Positions 38,631 to 52,026 of a stretch of 64,000 nt of DNA are shown in pieces (position 1 is the first letter of the stretch; the number at the start of each line of letters is the position of its first letter). The notes under the pieces are model-generated. The model saw only the letters and a program-made list of their open reading frames with translations, was not told where the DNA came from and ran no database searches. Source of the DNA: Callorhinchus milii (Eukaryota); assembly GCF_018977255.1 (NCBI RefSeq), contig NW_024704771.1:2790001-2854000 (forward strand), given 5' to 3'. The translations under genes and the position numbers were made by a program.

Positions 38631-40159
38631 TCTCAAGCAGTGCTGGCTGGCAACCTCCCTAATGCTGAAGGTTGAAAATGACTTCTCATCACTTCAGAGC
38701 TTCCCCTCTTTTGTAGCTGCAAACGAGGTCCACAGGGACACATCTTGAAGAAGCAGGAAGTCACCTCTTTATCCGAACAGACGTATGGAAGCAAATACGT
38801 TCATGCCGTTCCCCACCTAATGCATTTTTTAAAAATGCGAACAGATCAATGAATAGAGTAATTAAAGAGCTCGGCTCAATCCCAAGATCTGTTGAGTTCA
38901 GGTACATAGCATTTCGTCTCAAACGGTACATGGTTAGTTGCTTGGAGTACTTCGAAGTGATCTACTGAGGTACCAGATTATGGAGTGGGAAATCAGTGTA
39001 AAAAGTGTTCAATACAATCAGGAATGTTTTCCTGCTCCTCGTGGCTCCCATGTGTGGATGTGTGTGGATGTGTTTGTGTGTGTATTCATGTGTTTGTGAG
39101 TGTGTATTTGTGTGTGTTTGTGTGTGTTTGTTTGCACATTTTTATATCGTGAGATGAGGTCAAGTCAGTTCTGTATTGGTGGGCCAGCAGACCGCATTAT
39201 CAGATGGATGGGCCCACACCACAGTATGTTAGTCAGGTGGAGAAACTAACACCATTAATTAGACATTTCTTGTTTCTGTTCCTGCTTAGCAAACAGCAGC
39301 AATACATCGCAGCAAATATTTTTTCCTCCCTTCCCCACCCGATCACTTGTATGGTACCCCAATGCTCCGTTTTTGCTCCCGCCCCCCCCGCCCACTTCTT
39401 TTCCTTATCTACATGCTCTGTCTCAGTGATGTGATCTGAAGACATGAGGTCAACTTCAACATGTATGTGCTTGACACCCACATCTACTTCTCCACCTCCA
39501 TCTGGGAATCCCATTCAACTGATGGTCTGTCAGACCGTCTGACAGATATCAAGGCCTGGATGAGTGCAGCTGAATGTCGGCTCGACGTAAGCCATAGTCT
39601 TTGGATCCTGTCTCTGTGGAAACAGAGTGACCTGGGTGTTCACATACTCAAATCTTTGGAGGTCATTGGATAAGTTGACAAAGCTGTTATAGAAGCATTT
39701 GAAAACCTTGGCTATAGAAATAGAGGCACAGTGTATAAGAGCAAGGAAGGTCATTGGATAAGTTGACAAAGCTGGATATTAGATATCAAAATGGAATTGG
39801 ATAAAAACTTGAAAAGGTAAAAATTGCAGTGCAATGGGATGAGAGAGCGGCATTGGGACACTTTGATTCACTGTTTCAAAAAGAATGCATATGCATGATG
39901 TGCCGAATGACATTCTTCTGTACTGTAAGACTCAATGAAAGTGCCAAACAAGTCTAAACTGTTTTTGTAACCTCCCCTCGGAACTCAGGTGCTCAAAACC
40001 AGCTATCAATTTAATTGTCTTTACCTATTTCTTTCCCAATATAGAGAAGTGTTACTGCAGCAAGGAATCCAATAGTTTATAGTGTCTTTTATTGTATGAT
40101 TGTATCTGTTGTCAGTCCAATAAGACTGTTGCCCATGTTGTCCGACATCCATAATTATA

Positions 40160-40567
40160 AGACAATAAGATGTTTCATTCAGCCCCTGGAGCCCACTGCT
40201 CCATTTAATAAGATGATGGCTGATCTTCTAACCTAATTCCATTGACCCAAACTATCCCCATATCCCTTAATCCCTCTCTCCTTTAGACATCTATCAACCT
40301 CAGCCTTGAATACGTTCAAGGATTGAGAATCCACAGCCTTCTGGGGTAGAGAATTACACAAATTCACTGCCATCTGAGAAGAAATGTTTTGTCATCTCAG
40401 TTTGAAAATGCTGACCCTTGATCTTGAGACTATGTCCCCCAGTTTTAGATTTTCCAACCAGCGGAAACAGTCTCACAACATCTACCTTGTCAAGAACCTT
40501 CAGAATCGTATAGGTTTCTAGAAAATCACCTCTAATTCTTCGATATCTGGAGAACATAGGCCGAGTG
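40160..40567 (-). mobile_element. CR1 LINE 3' end (copies at ~53540-53948 and ~29700-29865)
   Basis: ORF 40354-40590 YRRIRGDFLETYTILKVLDKVDVVRLFPLVGKSKTGGHSLKIKG. Confidence 0.85.
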
Positions 40568-40574
40568 GAGTGAA

Positions 40575-40710
40575 AGATCTTTGCAAACAACCCAACATTA
40601 TTATGGACAAATGACTGTTGCTGAAGCCAAAAAGCTATCTCGTCTCCTTCAAGACTGGTCCTCTATTCATAGTAAGGTCTCGTCACAAACTGCACATCAG
40701 GGAATGAAGA
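40575..40710 (-). promoter_or_regulatory. Shadow promoter module upstream of gene 3 (copies at ~53957-54090 for gene 4 and ~29873-30005)
   Basis: Reverse-complement paralog of 19370-19505, truncated at its 3' side. Confidence 0.45.
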
Positions 40711-42839
40711 ATTGTGCTGAGAAGAACCAGGAAATGACCCTCCAGGGCAGTGAGTGTGTGGAAGAACAAAGAGACAGTTTCTGTTGGCAAATCATGACGG
40801 AATTAGTTATTGAATTGGCTAACATTTAATTTGGGTATGAGGGGTCACATTCGTGTGCTCTCGTTGAATTTGAACTACATCTGACGTGATATGCTTGACA
40901 ATGGAATATCAAATTCTAAATAATATTCTGTTGTTTCACCTAAAAACCGCACATGTATCCCAGACCATTTATAAGACTCTTTTGGTTCCAGTCTTACTTA
41001 ACAATCACCAATAAAACATTTTGGCAAATATTTTTTCATACCGCCCCCACCAGTTCACTTATGGTGTAACCCGAGTCTTTATCCTTTTCCAACTTTTCCT
41101 GAACGACATGCTCTGCCTTGCTGATGTTATCCACAGACATGAGGTCAACTTTCACATGTATGTGCATGACGCCCATATCTAATTGTTCTCCTCGATCTGC
41201 GACACCAAGTGCACTGAACTTCTGTCAGCCTTTTTTCTGTCATCCTTTTTGATGGACATCAAGGTGTGGATGAGTGGAAATTTCCTGAATCTGAATGTTG
41301 GCAAGGCAGAAGCCGTATTCTGTCAACATCTTGTCTCCTGTGGAAACAGAGAGATCTGGGGGTTCACATACTCATATCTTGAAATTGATAGGATAAGTTT
41401 ACAAAGTTGTTAAAGAAACTTTTGAAATCATTGGCTTTATAAATAGAGGCAGAGTGTATAAAAGCAAGGACGTTATGTTGCCTCTTTACAAATTGCTGGT
41501 TAGGTCTTATAGGGAGTATTGTGTCCAATTCTGCGCATCACACTTCCGGAAGAATGTCTCAAATTTGCTGGGGCAGATTCTGCTGGCGGGCGGGTCTGTC
41601 ATCAGAAGACACAGTTTCTGGCTATTTACTCTATCAAAACCCTTTATAATTTTGAACACCTCTATTGAAAATTCCCTTAACTTTCTCTGCTCCGAGGAGA
41701 ACAATCTCAGACTCTCCAGTACTCTACTCAATTGAATTCCTTCATCCCTGGTATCATTCTGGTAAATCTCTGCACTCTCACCAAGACTGTGGCATCATTC
41801 CTAAATTTGCAAACTAACCAGAAGGGAGATAAGGAGAACATTTTTTACCCAGAGAGTTATTATGATGTGGAATATATAGCTTGAACGGTTGGTGGAAGCA
41901 GATTGTACAGTAAATAATAAAAAGGTATTAGAAAATGACTTGAAAAGAAAAAAATTGCAGGTCTATGGATTAAGAGTGGGGTAGTGGCACTCTGGCATCA
42001 TTCACACACATACGCACATCAGCGTATTCAAGGAAACCCAAACTATTTACTTACAGCTCAGAGGAATTGAATTAAGACAGACAGAGGTAACAGAATATAC
42101 AGATACAAATATTATAAACTACAGTATAGGAGCCATAGACATGACATTCACAATTGATATTCAAAATGCTGATTGAAGAGAATTCTTGAAGACTGAACAT
42201 CCATTGCACAACACGCGGGGGCTTGTGTGAGGGTGTGAGTGTGTGTGTCTTTATCTGTGCTGATAAGACAGAACAGGGCAGCGCAGCTAAGTGGGGTTTT
42301 GTGAGTGTCCCAGTAAGCGAGTGATGGGGTAAGTGACGATGGATTTGAGCTGTTGGCTGAATTGGTTCTGGGTCACACCGTAGATGAAGGTGTTGGAGCA
42401 GGAGCTCAGACGCTGCAGCATGTAACCCACATGCTCAGCGATGGTGAAAGGGCTGCTGTAGTCAGACTGCAGTTGCTCAGCCTCTGTTACCACTGTATGA
42501 ATGAAAGGGACCATGTAGGTGAGCAACAGCAACACAAAGCTGCCCGAGATGGTAAAGAGAACATAATGGATTTCCTCCGACACTCCATCTGCTCGACCCT
42601 CCCCATCACAGCCCCTCGCAGACTGTGCCGCACCCTGCTGGCCACCAGCACGTGTCTGATGGTCATAGTGTTGAAGAGGAGGATGAGTATGAAGGGAAAT
42701 AGTAGGTTTGCAATAACATCGACCAGTCGAAGACTTTGCTGGCTGGAGAGGTGTAAAAATTGGGCTTCACGGAGCAGTAACAGCGCTGCCCATTGATTAC
42801 CAACCGTGGTTATTAGATGAAATACAAAGGGATGGAGGG

Positions 42840-44420
42840 ATTTGAGGTCAAGGGTGAGGATCGTGAAATCGATCATCTCTGGAATAGGCAGCCAGTGCAG
42901 TCTGGTGAGGACAGGAGTAATCGGGGAACAAAATTTTGTGAGGGTGAGATTTCGGGCAGCAGAGTTTTAAACAATTTGGATTTTTTGGATGGAAGCGTGG
43001 GGTAGGCGGGCGAGGTGATCATTTGCATAGTCCAGCCAGGAGGTGACAAAGGCATGGAACAAGGTTTAAGGGACTTTCGGAGAGAGGTATTGGCAGAGAT
43101 GGGCGATGCATCGGCGTTGGAAGAAGGTGGTGCTGGAGAGGAACTGGATGTGGGGGAAGAAGGATAATTGGGTCGAACCTGACGTCTAGGTTGAAAAATT
43201 TTTAGGCAGATGTCGGGAAGTTGGAGGAGGTGAGAACTGTGTGATTTGGGACGTTGATGGGGTATGGCTTCCATCTTGTCAATGTTTAGCTGAAGAAAAT
43301 TTGCGCTCATCCAGCCCATGAGATCTGACAGGCAGCTGACAGAACATCAGGGAACTGGGGGTCGCAAAGAGGATGGAAAAATAGAGTTGGGTGCCGTCCG
43401 CATACATGTGGAAAAATATCCCATGTCTGCGGATGATATCCCCAAGAGGGAGCATGTAGATCCGAAAGAGGATGGGGCCAAGGATGGATCCTTGGTGTTC
43501 CCCACAGGTAGCGGGAAGAGAAGCCATTTGTGCAGATGTACTGCTGGCGGCTTGTGAGGTAGGACTTGAACCATGTGAGAGTGGTCCCACTGAATTGGAT
43601 GATGGAAGAAAGATGGTGGAGGTGGATGGCGTGATCAACTGTTGAACGCGGTGGAGAGGTCCAGGAGGACAAGGAGGCAGAGGAAGCCCAGATCACAAAC
43701 AGAGAGGATGTCATTTATGACTTTCACAAGTGCAGTCTCTGTAACGTGGGCAGGGCGGATACCGGTCTGGAGGGTTTCGAAGAGGGAGGAGTGATGTGCG
43801 CGAAATTGATGGGCAACAACGCTTTCTAGGACTAATGCAAGGAAGAGCAGGTTTGTAATGGGGAGGTAGGGACCTATGGAAGGTGTTTTGAGTAGGGGGA
43901 TGATGACAGGAGTTTTGAGGGAGGCAGGGACTGATCCGGAGGAGAGCGACTGGTTGATGATATCAGCCAGTAATGGGCAGAGGAGGGGGAGCTGGGTGAC
44001 CAGCAAATTGGTGGGGAAGGGCTCGAGGCAGCAGGTGGTGGGTTTCATGTGCGGAGGAAGGAATATAGGATGGCGGTGGTGGTAGGAGGCGATGATGGGG
44101 AGGCTGAGGGGGACAGAGAGGGTGTGGTGGTATGTGACAAAAGGAAGGTGGATGAGACTGCCTGGCGGATGTTGTAAATTTTAGATGAAAAGAAGTCCAT
44201 GACGTCTTCGCGCTTGGCATTTGATAAAGAGATTGAGGAGGCCTGAGGGGAGCAGGGAGGAGGCAGTGTGTGGTGGAAAAAAGGAATTTTGGTTTTTGTT
44301 TAGCCTCCAAGATGATGTTGGAGTAGAAGGCAGTTTTTGCGCGTGTCAAAGAACGGCGATAGATGTGGAGATGCTTGTGATACTCGACCACGAGTACATG
44401 TCTGAGAGTCAGGGTGCTGA
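42840..44420 (-). mobile_element. L2-clade LINE, 1.6-kb degenerate ORF2/RT
   Basis: AKTAFYSNII...PKFLFST; LADIINQSLSSGSVPASLKTPVIIPLLK; TETALVKVINDIL; LLVLLDLSTAF; QGSILGPILFRIYMLPLG; YADGTQLY. Confidence 0.9.
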
Positions 44421-44442
44421 AGAGGAGGATGAGGATGAGGTG

Positions 44443-44503
44443 GAGTCCTGTAGCTCAGTGGTTAGAGCACTCGCTTTGCAAGTGAGAGACCTGCGTTCAA
44501 TTC
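44443..44503 (+). mobile_element. Isolated tRNA-like SINE head
   Basis: gagtcctgtagctcagtggttagagcactcgctttgcaagtgagagacctgcgttcaattcc, A and B boxes, no tail. Confidence 0.7.
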
Positions 44504-45219
44504 CAGATCACCAAACCCGCTGATCTCTCGGTGCAGTACTTAGTTTTGAGCTTTGGGCAGCAGATCGCCTCTAATTCTGTATTCTAGAGAACATAGGCCG
44601 AGTCTAATCAACAAAAGTAATAAAGATTGTTCTCATGATCAGGATGGTTGCTCTCCTTGAACACAGCGCCAGATGCACTGCCAGAGCTGTCGATCAGTGA
44701 GACACAGTTTTGAAGGAATGAGAGATCTCCACATTATTACTGAACAAATGACTGTTGCTGAAGCCAAAAAGCTATCCCATCTCCTTCAAGACTGGTCCTC
44801 TTTTCAGAGTAAGGTCTTGTCACAAACTGCACATCAGGGAATGAAGAATCGTGCTGAGAAGAACCAGGAAATGACCCTCCAGGGCAGTGAGTGTGTGGAA
44901 GGAACAAAGAGACAGTTTCTGTTTGCAAATCACCACGGAATTAGTTATTGAATTGGCAAACATTTAATTTATGTATGAGGGGTCACATTCGTGTGCTCTC
45001 GTTGAATTTGAACTACATCTGACGTGATTTGCTTGACAATGGAATATCAAATTCTAAATAATATTCTGTTGTTTAACCTAAAAACCGCACATGTATCCCA
45101 GACCATTTATTAGACATTTTTTGGTTCCAGTCTTACTTAACAATCACCAATAAAACATTTTGGCAAATATTTTTTCATACCGCCCCCACCACTTCACTCC
45201 TTGTCCAAATTTTCCTAAA

Positions 45220-46100
45220 CTGCATGCTCTGCCTCGTTGATGGTATCCAAAGACATGGGGTCAACTTTCACATGTATGAGCATGACCCCCATATCTAATT
45301 CTTCTCCTTGATCTGCGACACCCAGTGCACTGAACTTCTGTCAGCCTTTTTTCTGTCAGCCTTTTTGATGGATATCAAGTTGTGGATGAGTGAAACATTC
45401 CTGAATCTGAATGTTGGCAAGGCAGAAGCCATATTCTTTGGCTCCAGTCAACATCTTGTCTCCTGTGGAAGCAGAGAGATCTGGGGCTTCACTTACTCAC
45501 ATCTTTGAAAGTGATAGGATAAGTTTACAAAGTTGTTGAAGAAATCATTGGCTTTATAAATAGAGGCATCGTGTATAAAAGCAAGGACGTTATGTTGCCT
45601 CTTTACAAATTGCTGGTTAGGCCTTATACGGAGCATTGTGTCCAATTCTGGGCACCACACTTCAGGAAGAATGTCTCAAACTTGCTGGGACTGATTCTGC
45701 TGGCGGGTGGGTCTGTCATCAGAGGACACAATTTCTCCCTATTTACTCTGTCAAAACCCTTTATAATTTTGAACACCTCTATTGAATATTCCCATAACTT
45801 TCTCTGCTCTGAGGAGAACAATCTCAGACTCTCCAGTATCTCTACTCAATTGAATTCCTTCATCCCTGGTATCATTCTGGTAAATCTCTGCACTCTTTCC
45901 AAGACTCTGGCATCATTCCTAAATTTGCAAACTAACCAGAAGGAAGATAAGGAAAATATTTTTTACCCAGAGGGTTATTATGATATGGAATATATAGCTT
46001 GAAACGTTGGTTGAAACAGATTGGACAGCAAATATCAAAGAGCTATTGGAAAACGGTAAATGACTTGAAAAGAAAAAAATTGAAGGTCTATGGATTAAGA
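45220..46100 (+). mobile_element. L2 plus CR1 composite (internal inversion) downstream of gene 4; copies at ~30400-31280, ~41100-41980, ~54480-55370
   Basis: ORF 45571-46002 YKSKDVMLPLYKLLVRPYTEHCVQFWAPHFRK; opposite strand FSSEQRKLWEYSIEVFKIIKGFDRV. Confidence 0.75.
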
Positions 46101-46146
46101 GAGGGGTAGTGGCACTCTGGCTTCATTCACACACATACGCAGATCA

Positions 46147-46470
46147 ATAAAATAATAATAATCCTTGCATTTGATATAGTGCTTTTCACATCGGGAGGAC
46201 GTCCCAAAGCGCTTCACGGAACACACTGTAAAGTGAATTGACTGTATATTGGTGGGCGAACGCGGCAGCCAATTGCGCACAGCAATGTCCCACAAACCGT
46301 CGTGGATTGAAAATGACCAATTTATTATTTTTTTTGCTTTTTGGAGGGATTATTATTAGGCTCTGTGTGGAGTAAGGAAACTTGCCCAAGGTGTTGCCCT
46401 CTGCCGCGAATTGAACTCATGTCTCTCACTTGCAAAGCGATTGCTCTAACCACTGAGCTACAGGACTCCC
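46147..46470 (-). mobile_element. Full-length young tRNA-derived SINE with 5-bp TSD (TGATC)
   Basis: gatca at 46142-46146 and 46471-46475 flank it; the paralogous site at 27675-27695 is empty. Confidence 0.85.
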
Positions 46471-46740
46471 GATCAGAGTGTTCAACAAAATCCAAACTAT
46501 TTACTTACAGCTGAGGGGAATTCAATTAATACAGACAGAGGTAACAGAATATACAGATACAAATATTACAAACTACAGTATAGGAGCCATAGACATGACA
46601 TTCAAAATTGATATTCGAAATGCAGATTGAAGAGAATTCTTGAAGACTGAACATCCATTGCACAACACGCGGGGGCTTGTGTGAGCGTGCGATTGTGTGT
46701 GTCTTTATCTGTGCTGATAAGTCAGAACAGGGCAGCACAG

Positions 46741-47645
46741 CTAATTGGGGTTTTGTTTGTGTCCCAGTAAGCGAGTTATGGAGTAAGTGACGATGGATTT
46801 GAGCCGTTGCCTGAATTGGTTCTGGGTCACACCATAGATGAAGGTGTTGGAGCAGGAGCTCAGACGCTGCAGCATGTAACCCACATGCTCAGCGATGGTG
46901 AAAGGGCTGCTGTTGTCAGACTGCAGGAGCTCGGCCTCTGTCACCATCGCATATATGAAGGTGACCATGCAGGTGAGCAACAGCAACACGAAGCTGCCCG
47001 AGATGGTAAAGAGCAGGATGATGGATTTCCGCCGGCTCTCCATCTCCTCATCGCGCCCCTTTGCAGCCCGTCGCAGACCCTGACGCACCCTGCTGGCCAA
47101 CAGGACGTGTCTGATGGTCAGGGTGTTGAAAGGGAGGATGAGGATGAAGGGAAGAATTGGGTTTGCGAATACATCAAACCAGGCAAAGACAGTCCAGACT
47201 GGAGAGGTGTAAAAATTCGGTTTGACGGAGCAGTACCAGGGCTGTCCATTGATTACAAACTGTGGTTGGTAGATGAAATATATGGGGATGTTCTCCAAAC
47301 ATAAAACCGCACAGATTGTCCCGATCACCAAACCCGCTGTCCTCTCAGTGCAGTACTTGATTTTGAGCTTTGGGCAGCAAATGGCTGTGAAGCGGTCGAA
47401 GGTGAAGGCCACGGTCAGCCAGACAGAGGATTCGATGCTAACAAAGCAAAGCACCAGGTGTAGACGGCACACAGGTGTTTGGTGTGTGGGTGAGTGTGGA
47501 AGGTGTAAGTTAATTGTTTCATACAGGATGACATCAAAGACCATGACCAACAAATCAGCAACAGCCATTGCGACCAGATAGCGAGTGATGCATTTGGAGA
47601 GTCCACACTTTCCCTGAGCCAGGACCACAATGGTCAACACGATCC
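46741..47645 (-). CDS. GPR139/GPR142-like GPCR gene 4, exon 2 (spliced protein 322 aa)
   Basis: Acceptor ttttctgcag|GG at 47646; intact 7TM frame; TAG at 46741-46743. Confidence 0.92.
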
Positions 47646-50600
47646 CTGCAGAAAATGCACAGAAACAATCATACATTCCTCTGGGTTTGGGACTGTTTAC
47701 AGAACTGGCTGATGCCTGATCGAGTCTGTTCGTGGACAAGTGGAATAAATTCCAACTTCTGTTGTGGTCCCATTTGTCAGGGCACTGCTGATAACAGAAC
47801 AACCAGTATATCTCGTCCACACGACTTGGTGAGACAGACTGATCATTGAGATCAGAGATTCTAACTCACTCATTCCTATCAACTAAAGGCCAAACTATTG
47901 GTGTGGTAAGTGTGGCAGAGGAAGAACTCAATGGCAAACTGTTACACTTCAGCTATTACCACTCTCCACCCCACCTCAAACCAAACTTGCATCAAGAAAC
48001 ATTGTCTCATGCCGAAATTTGCCTCATATTATACACAGAAATGGGTACGGAGTCGACTGTTTCACGTGTCCTTCCCATAACAGAACCTGATCGTTTTTTT
48101 CCAGAAAGAGATGCCTGACAAATCACAAAATAGACTCACTTTCCTACGAGGGAATGCGAACAGCTTTTTAGACATTCATCCTTGAATCAGATCCTCGTGC
48201 TTCGAGAATCTAAACCCTCTGACTCTCCCATCGCAGCCCCAAGCAGTTTCTTACACATGTTACAATATCTCGGCTTCCACTTTCCTTCTTAATAACCCTC
48301 GCGATCCCAGATTCCACATCTGTGAAATGAAATCAATCTATCCTAAATTTGACCATCATAATCATAACGATAATCCTTGCATTTTTGATTTAGATTTAGA
48401 TTTAGATTTTTTGAAAGTAATTATTACCCGAGAACAGCGATGCGCCAATCAATTTACAACCAGATTCCTATTCCAACCTCGATTCCTAACCTGCATCTTT
48501 GTGTAATTTGAAAGTAATAGTAGTAGAAATAATAATAATAAATTCTTCACATAATATACTGTAAAATGGTTTGAGTGTGTCCAAGTTTGGTGCACAGCAA
48601 TGTCCCACAAAGAGTCATGGATTGAGTGAGCAATTTTATTTGGTGGATTTGTAGACCAAGACACCTGATCATACAGACGGGACCTTAGTTTCAGCTCTCA
48701 TCTGATGGATAAAACCTCCAACAATCTCACTCCCAGCACTGCCTGGAATGGATTTTCATCCCCCACTATGTTTTTCCGAATGCGACTTTGGGCTGAAACC
48801 TATAACACTCTGAATCAAAGGTAAGAGTGTTACCACAGCAGCCGACTGACATAGATTGTTACTGGTTTACTTTCTCAACGGCAGAAAGCATATTTGACAA
48901 AATATACAAACATATTTTAATTATTTAGTCTACATATGGTCTCAGAAATATTTCTGTCATAAATTTGCCATTCTTAGCTGGAAATTTGCATTATTAAATG
49001 AAAGAGCTTCAACTCATCCAATCAATCTTGGCAGCTGATCCTATAACCGTGTTCTCCTCCACACTGCACCTAATTAATTACTAAAAGTATCCTTGTTAGA
49101 AAGCATCGAGGGGAGCCTTGACATTATTAACGTGCACCTGATCATCCCAATGGATAATTTAGTTAAACAGCTGGTTAAACTACTTGATTTCTTTTTGACC
49201 GCTCAACTAATCAGGGTTCATGCTCCAGACATCCGGGGACCGAGATTACCAGACATTTGTTAGGAGCTGTGGAGCTGTCAGGCTAAGTCGTCCATTGCAA
49301 CAATCGCAGTGACTCTCCAGGAAAGCCGTTGAGTGCCATCACAGGAAGCCAACTCCCTTCTCCTCATCTGTCACCAGCTGCCTCCCAGCTTAGGCTCCTG
49401 CACTCAGGCTTTGGGATGTGCTAATGACAAATGCTGAACAAGTCAAAATTGTTATTGTGGATTTCGAATTGTCTCATTAAAACTCAGGTTCCCCAGCGAA
49501 GATCCTAATGGCTCTTTGCTGCCACTTTATAGAGATGTCTTTTCTCTAACCAGGGACGTGAATGTGAAGTATTTTACATGTGTATTAATTGACTGCTGCT
49601 CTCCTGGTTAGACTCTCAGCCACAATCTCGTGCATACTTGCATTGGCCCAGCGAAGCGCAGTGCACCTCGAATCTCTGTACAAAAACACTTCTCCCCATT
49701 CTCAGACAGCAATGTCTGGGTCCGTCCTGTTGCTCTAGGCTGACAGACACCTCACAGCCCATCAGAGATGAGAGAGTGAGATTGCATAAACATTAAATCA
49801 TATTCACTAACTTGCACAAGCACCTGGTGGCAGCCACATTCACACCATCTTCGAATCTTTCAAGATATAAAATTAAACTCTTTAGATAGGAGATTATTTG
49901 GAAAATAACTTGTTCATGTCCCAAATATAAATATTTGCTGTTTAATTCACACACTAATTTACTCTTACGTTTGCCAACTCAGTCGGCCTCTATCGCTTGC
50001 ATATTCATTTTCCGTTCAACATAAAGCGTGTTAAGGTTTCAGTTTATCTGTTGCCTTCAGCATCATAAATAAAAAATATAATATTCTAAGGGTAACTGTA
50101 ATCACGGCTGAAGATTTCTAGATAGTGGCATCTATCGCATCAGGCGCCTAATTGCTCGATATAATGGCTGCATTGCAAGCCTTCCAACTTGTTTTGCCTT
50201 CTCACTGGAACTGTCTTCCACAAACCTTTGTCTTATCTCTTCCCTATTTGCTTTAAAATTCCATCTTGTACTTCAAAATCCAACCGCGAACCCTGCAACC
50301 TCACAAACTACAGTTCCATTTCAACGCCTCCCACTGACAAAGCTCTGGAAGGCGTTGTTGCTGGCCAGCTTTGCTCACACTCTCCCGCCACTTCCACCCA
50401 CCAGTCGTCCACTCTGGCACAGAGACTATGCTTTTCAAAGCAGACACTTTTTATCTTTGATTGAGCAGCCCTATGTCTGCCTCCTCGCCGTCATGGACCT
50501 CTCTGTCCCGATCGACATAGTTCATGATGCCATCCAGTATCTCGTTAGTTAGAGAACATTCCTCGCAAGCGAGAGGACATGTGTTTGATTCTCGAGTTGG

Positions 50601-51962
50601 GTGAAACATTGGCAAGTTTCCTTACTCCACATATCTGTTTACCAATCTTAAAAAATGAACCCGGTTGTCGATCGATTGGCAGACCACTTTTCTGGGGTTA
50701 ATAATCCCGTCAATAAATACATAAACTTATTTGGTAACTCAAACCATGACGGGTTGTGGGACACTGCTGTGCCTGCTTCCCCATAAAACATACACACACT
50801 TCACTTCACAGTATCTTATGTGGAGCACTTTGAGACGTCTCAATGAAATGACACGGCGTTGTAATCAATGCAAGGATTATTCCTTATCCTCCTCCAGCTT
50901 CTGCGCCCTTATTAACTTTAGTGGGACCAGGACCTCTTTCCTCCACATCCACCACATTGCCCTCCTCTGACTGTACCTCATCCGCAATGCAGCCGAAAGC
51001 CTCTTTCACATGTTCGTCAAATTAAATATTGATTAAACAAATGCCCTGCTCGTCGGGCTCTGCAGCTTTACGATCCCAAACATCCAGTTATTGCAGAATA
51101 CCACAACACACACTGAGACCTACACTAATCACCATTTTCCACCCATAACAGTTAATGCCAGGCTCCAATGTCTCCCTATCACTTTCAAGATCCTCACAAC
51201 CTTCTACTATTTTCTTTATGTCCTGCATCTCCATACATTTCTGACTTCCATACTCCTCAATCCAACACCCATTTCCACTGCTCGACTGGCACTGGTCTCC
51301 TGATTGTAGCTCGGGCCCTTCATTCCACCTTCCATGGTTGTCCTTTCAACCCCGAAATACACAGGTCTTTCTCTTCGACTATTCATTCGGTTACCTCGTG
51401 CCTCCACGGAAAATATCCCCAAAAGACACCGGCAGAATGCACCAGCACAGTCAAGTGCTATGGAAACCTACCCTGCATGAGCTGTGCTGTATAAATGAAA
51501 GCTTTTTTTTATTCAACTGTTTGATTATGCTTTTTTGCTTCCCTTCCCTGAATTGGTTCCATCATATCTCTAACCATCCTGAATAGTTTGGGATGTTTTC
51601 TAACTCTAACGGTACTAAACAACTAAATTGTTATTTCAGTTTTTGTAGCCTTTCCTTGCAATATGGGATCCCTATATTTAGCTATCAATCTAACTTCAAA
51701 TTTCCTATACCCTTCCTTATTTGAGATGTCCTTCCTGTTTCTAAGAGAACAGAATTTGTAGTGTGATTGATTAAATGATTGTACCTGGAGCTGTTCGGGT
51801 TAGACTGTCTCCAATTCTCTCTGAGGTCCCTCATAGCGCATCCTCTAACACTGGGGATCAGGCTGGTTGCTCTCCTCCAGTAAAGAGATATCACTGTCAG
51901 GTGCACAGACACAGCTGTGAGACTTGGCTTTGCCCGAGTGAGAGTTACTTGCAATGACTTAC

Positions 51963-52026
51963 CAGGAAAACCAATGAGTCCCAACAGAGGATAAAACACC
52001 TTTGTTATTTCTATCAATCCCACCAT
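51963..52026 (-). CDS. GPR139/GPR142-like GPCR gene 4, exon 1 (MVGLIEITKVFYPLLGLIGFP)
   Basis: ATG at 52026, 64 nt, donor GTAAGT at 51962-51957. Confidence 0.85.

Larger units (their letters stand above)
42287..44565 (-). pseudogene. GPCR pseudogene 5, 5'-deleted exon 2 interrupted by a SINE head and an L2 LINE
   Basis: 44565-44500 encodes ICCPKLKTKYCTERSAGLVIW; receptor sequence resumes at ~42838 and runs with frameshifts to LLGHSQNPT* at 42287. Confidence 0.85.

Noticed and set aside
44443-44503. tRNA-Ala gene (also 5508, 16327, 25252, 56556)
   Set aside because: No closing acceptor stem; these are SINE heads, usually followed by SINE body and tail.
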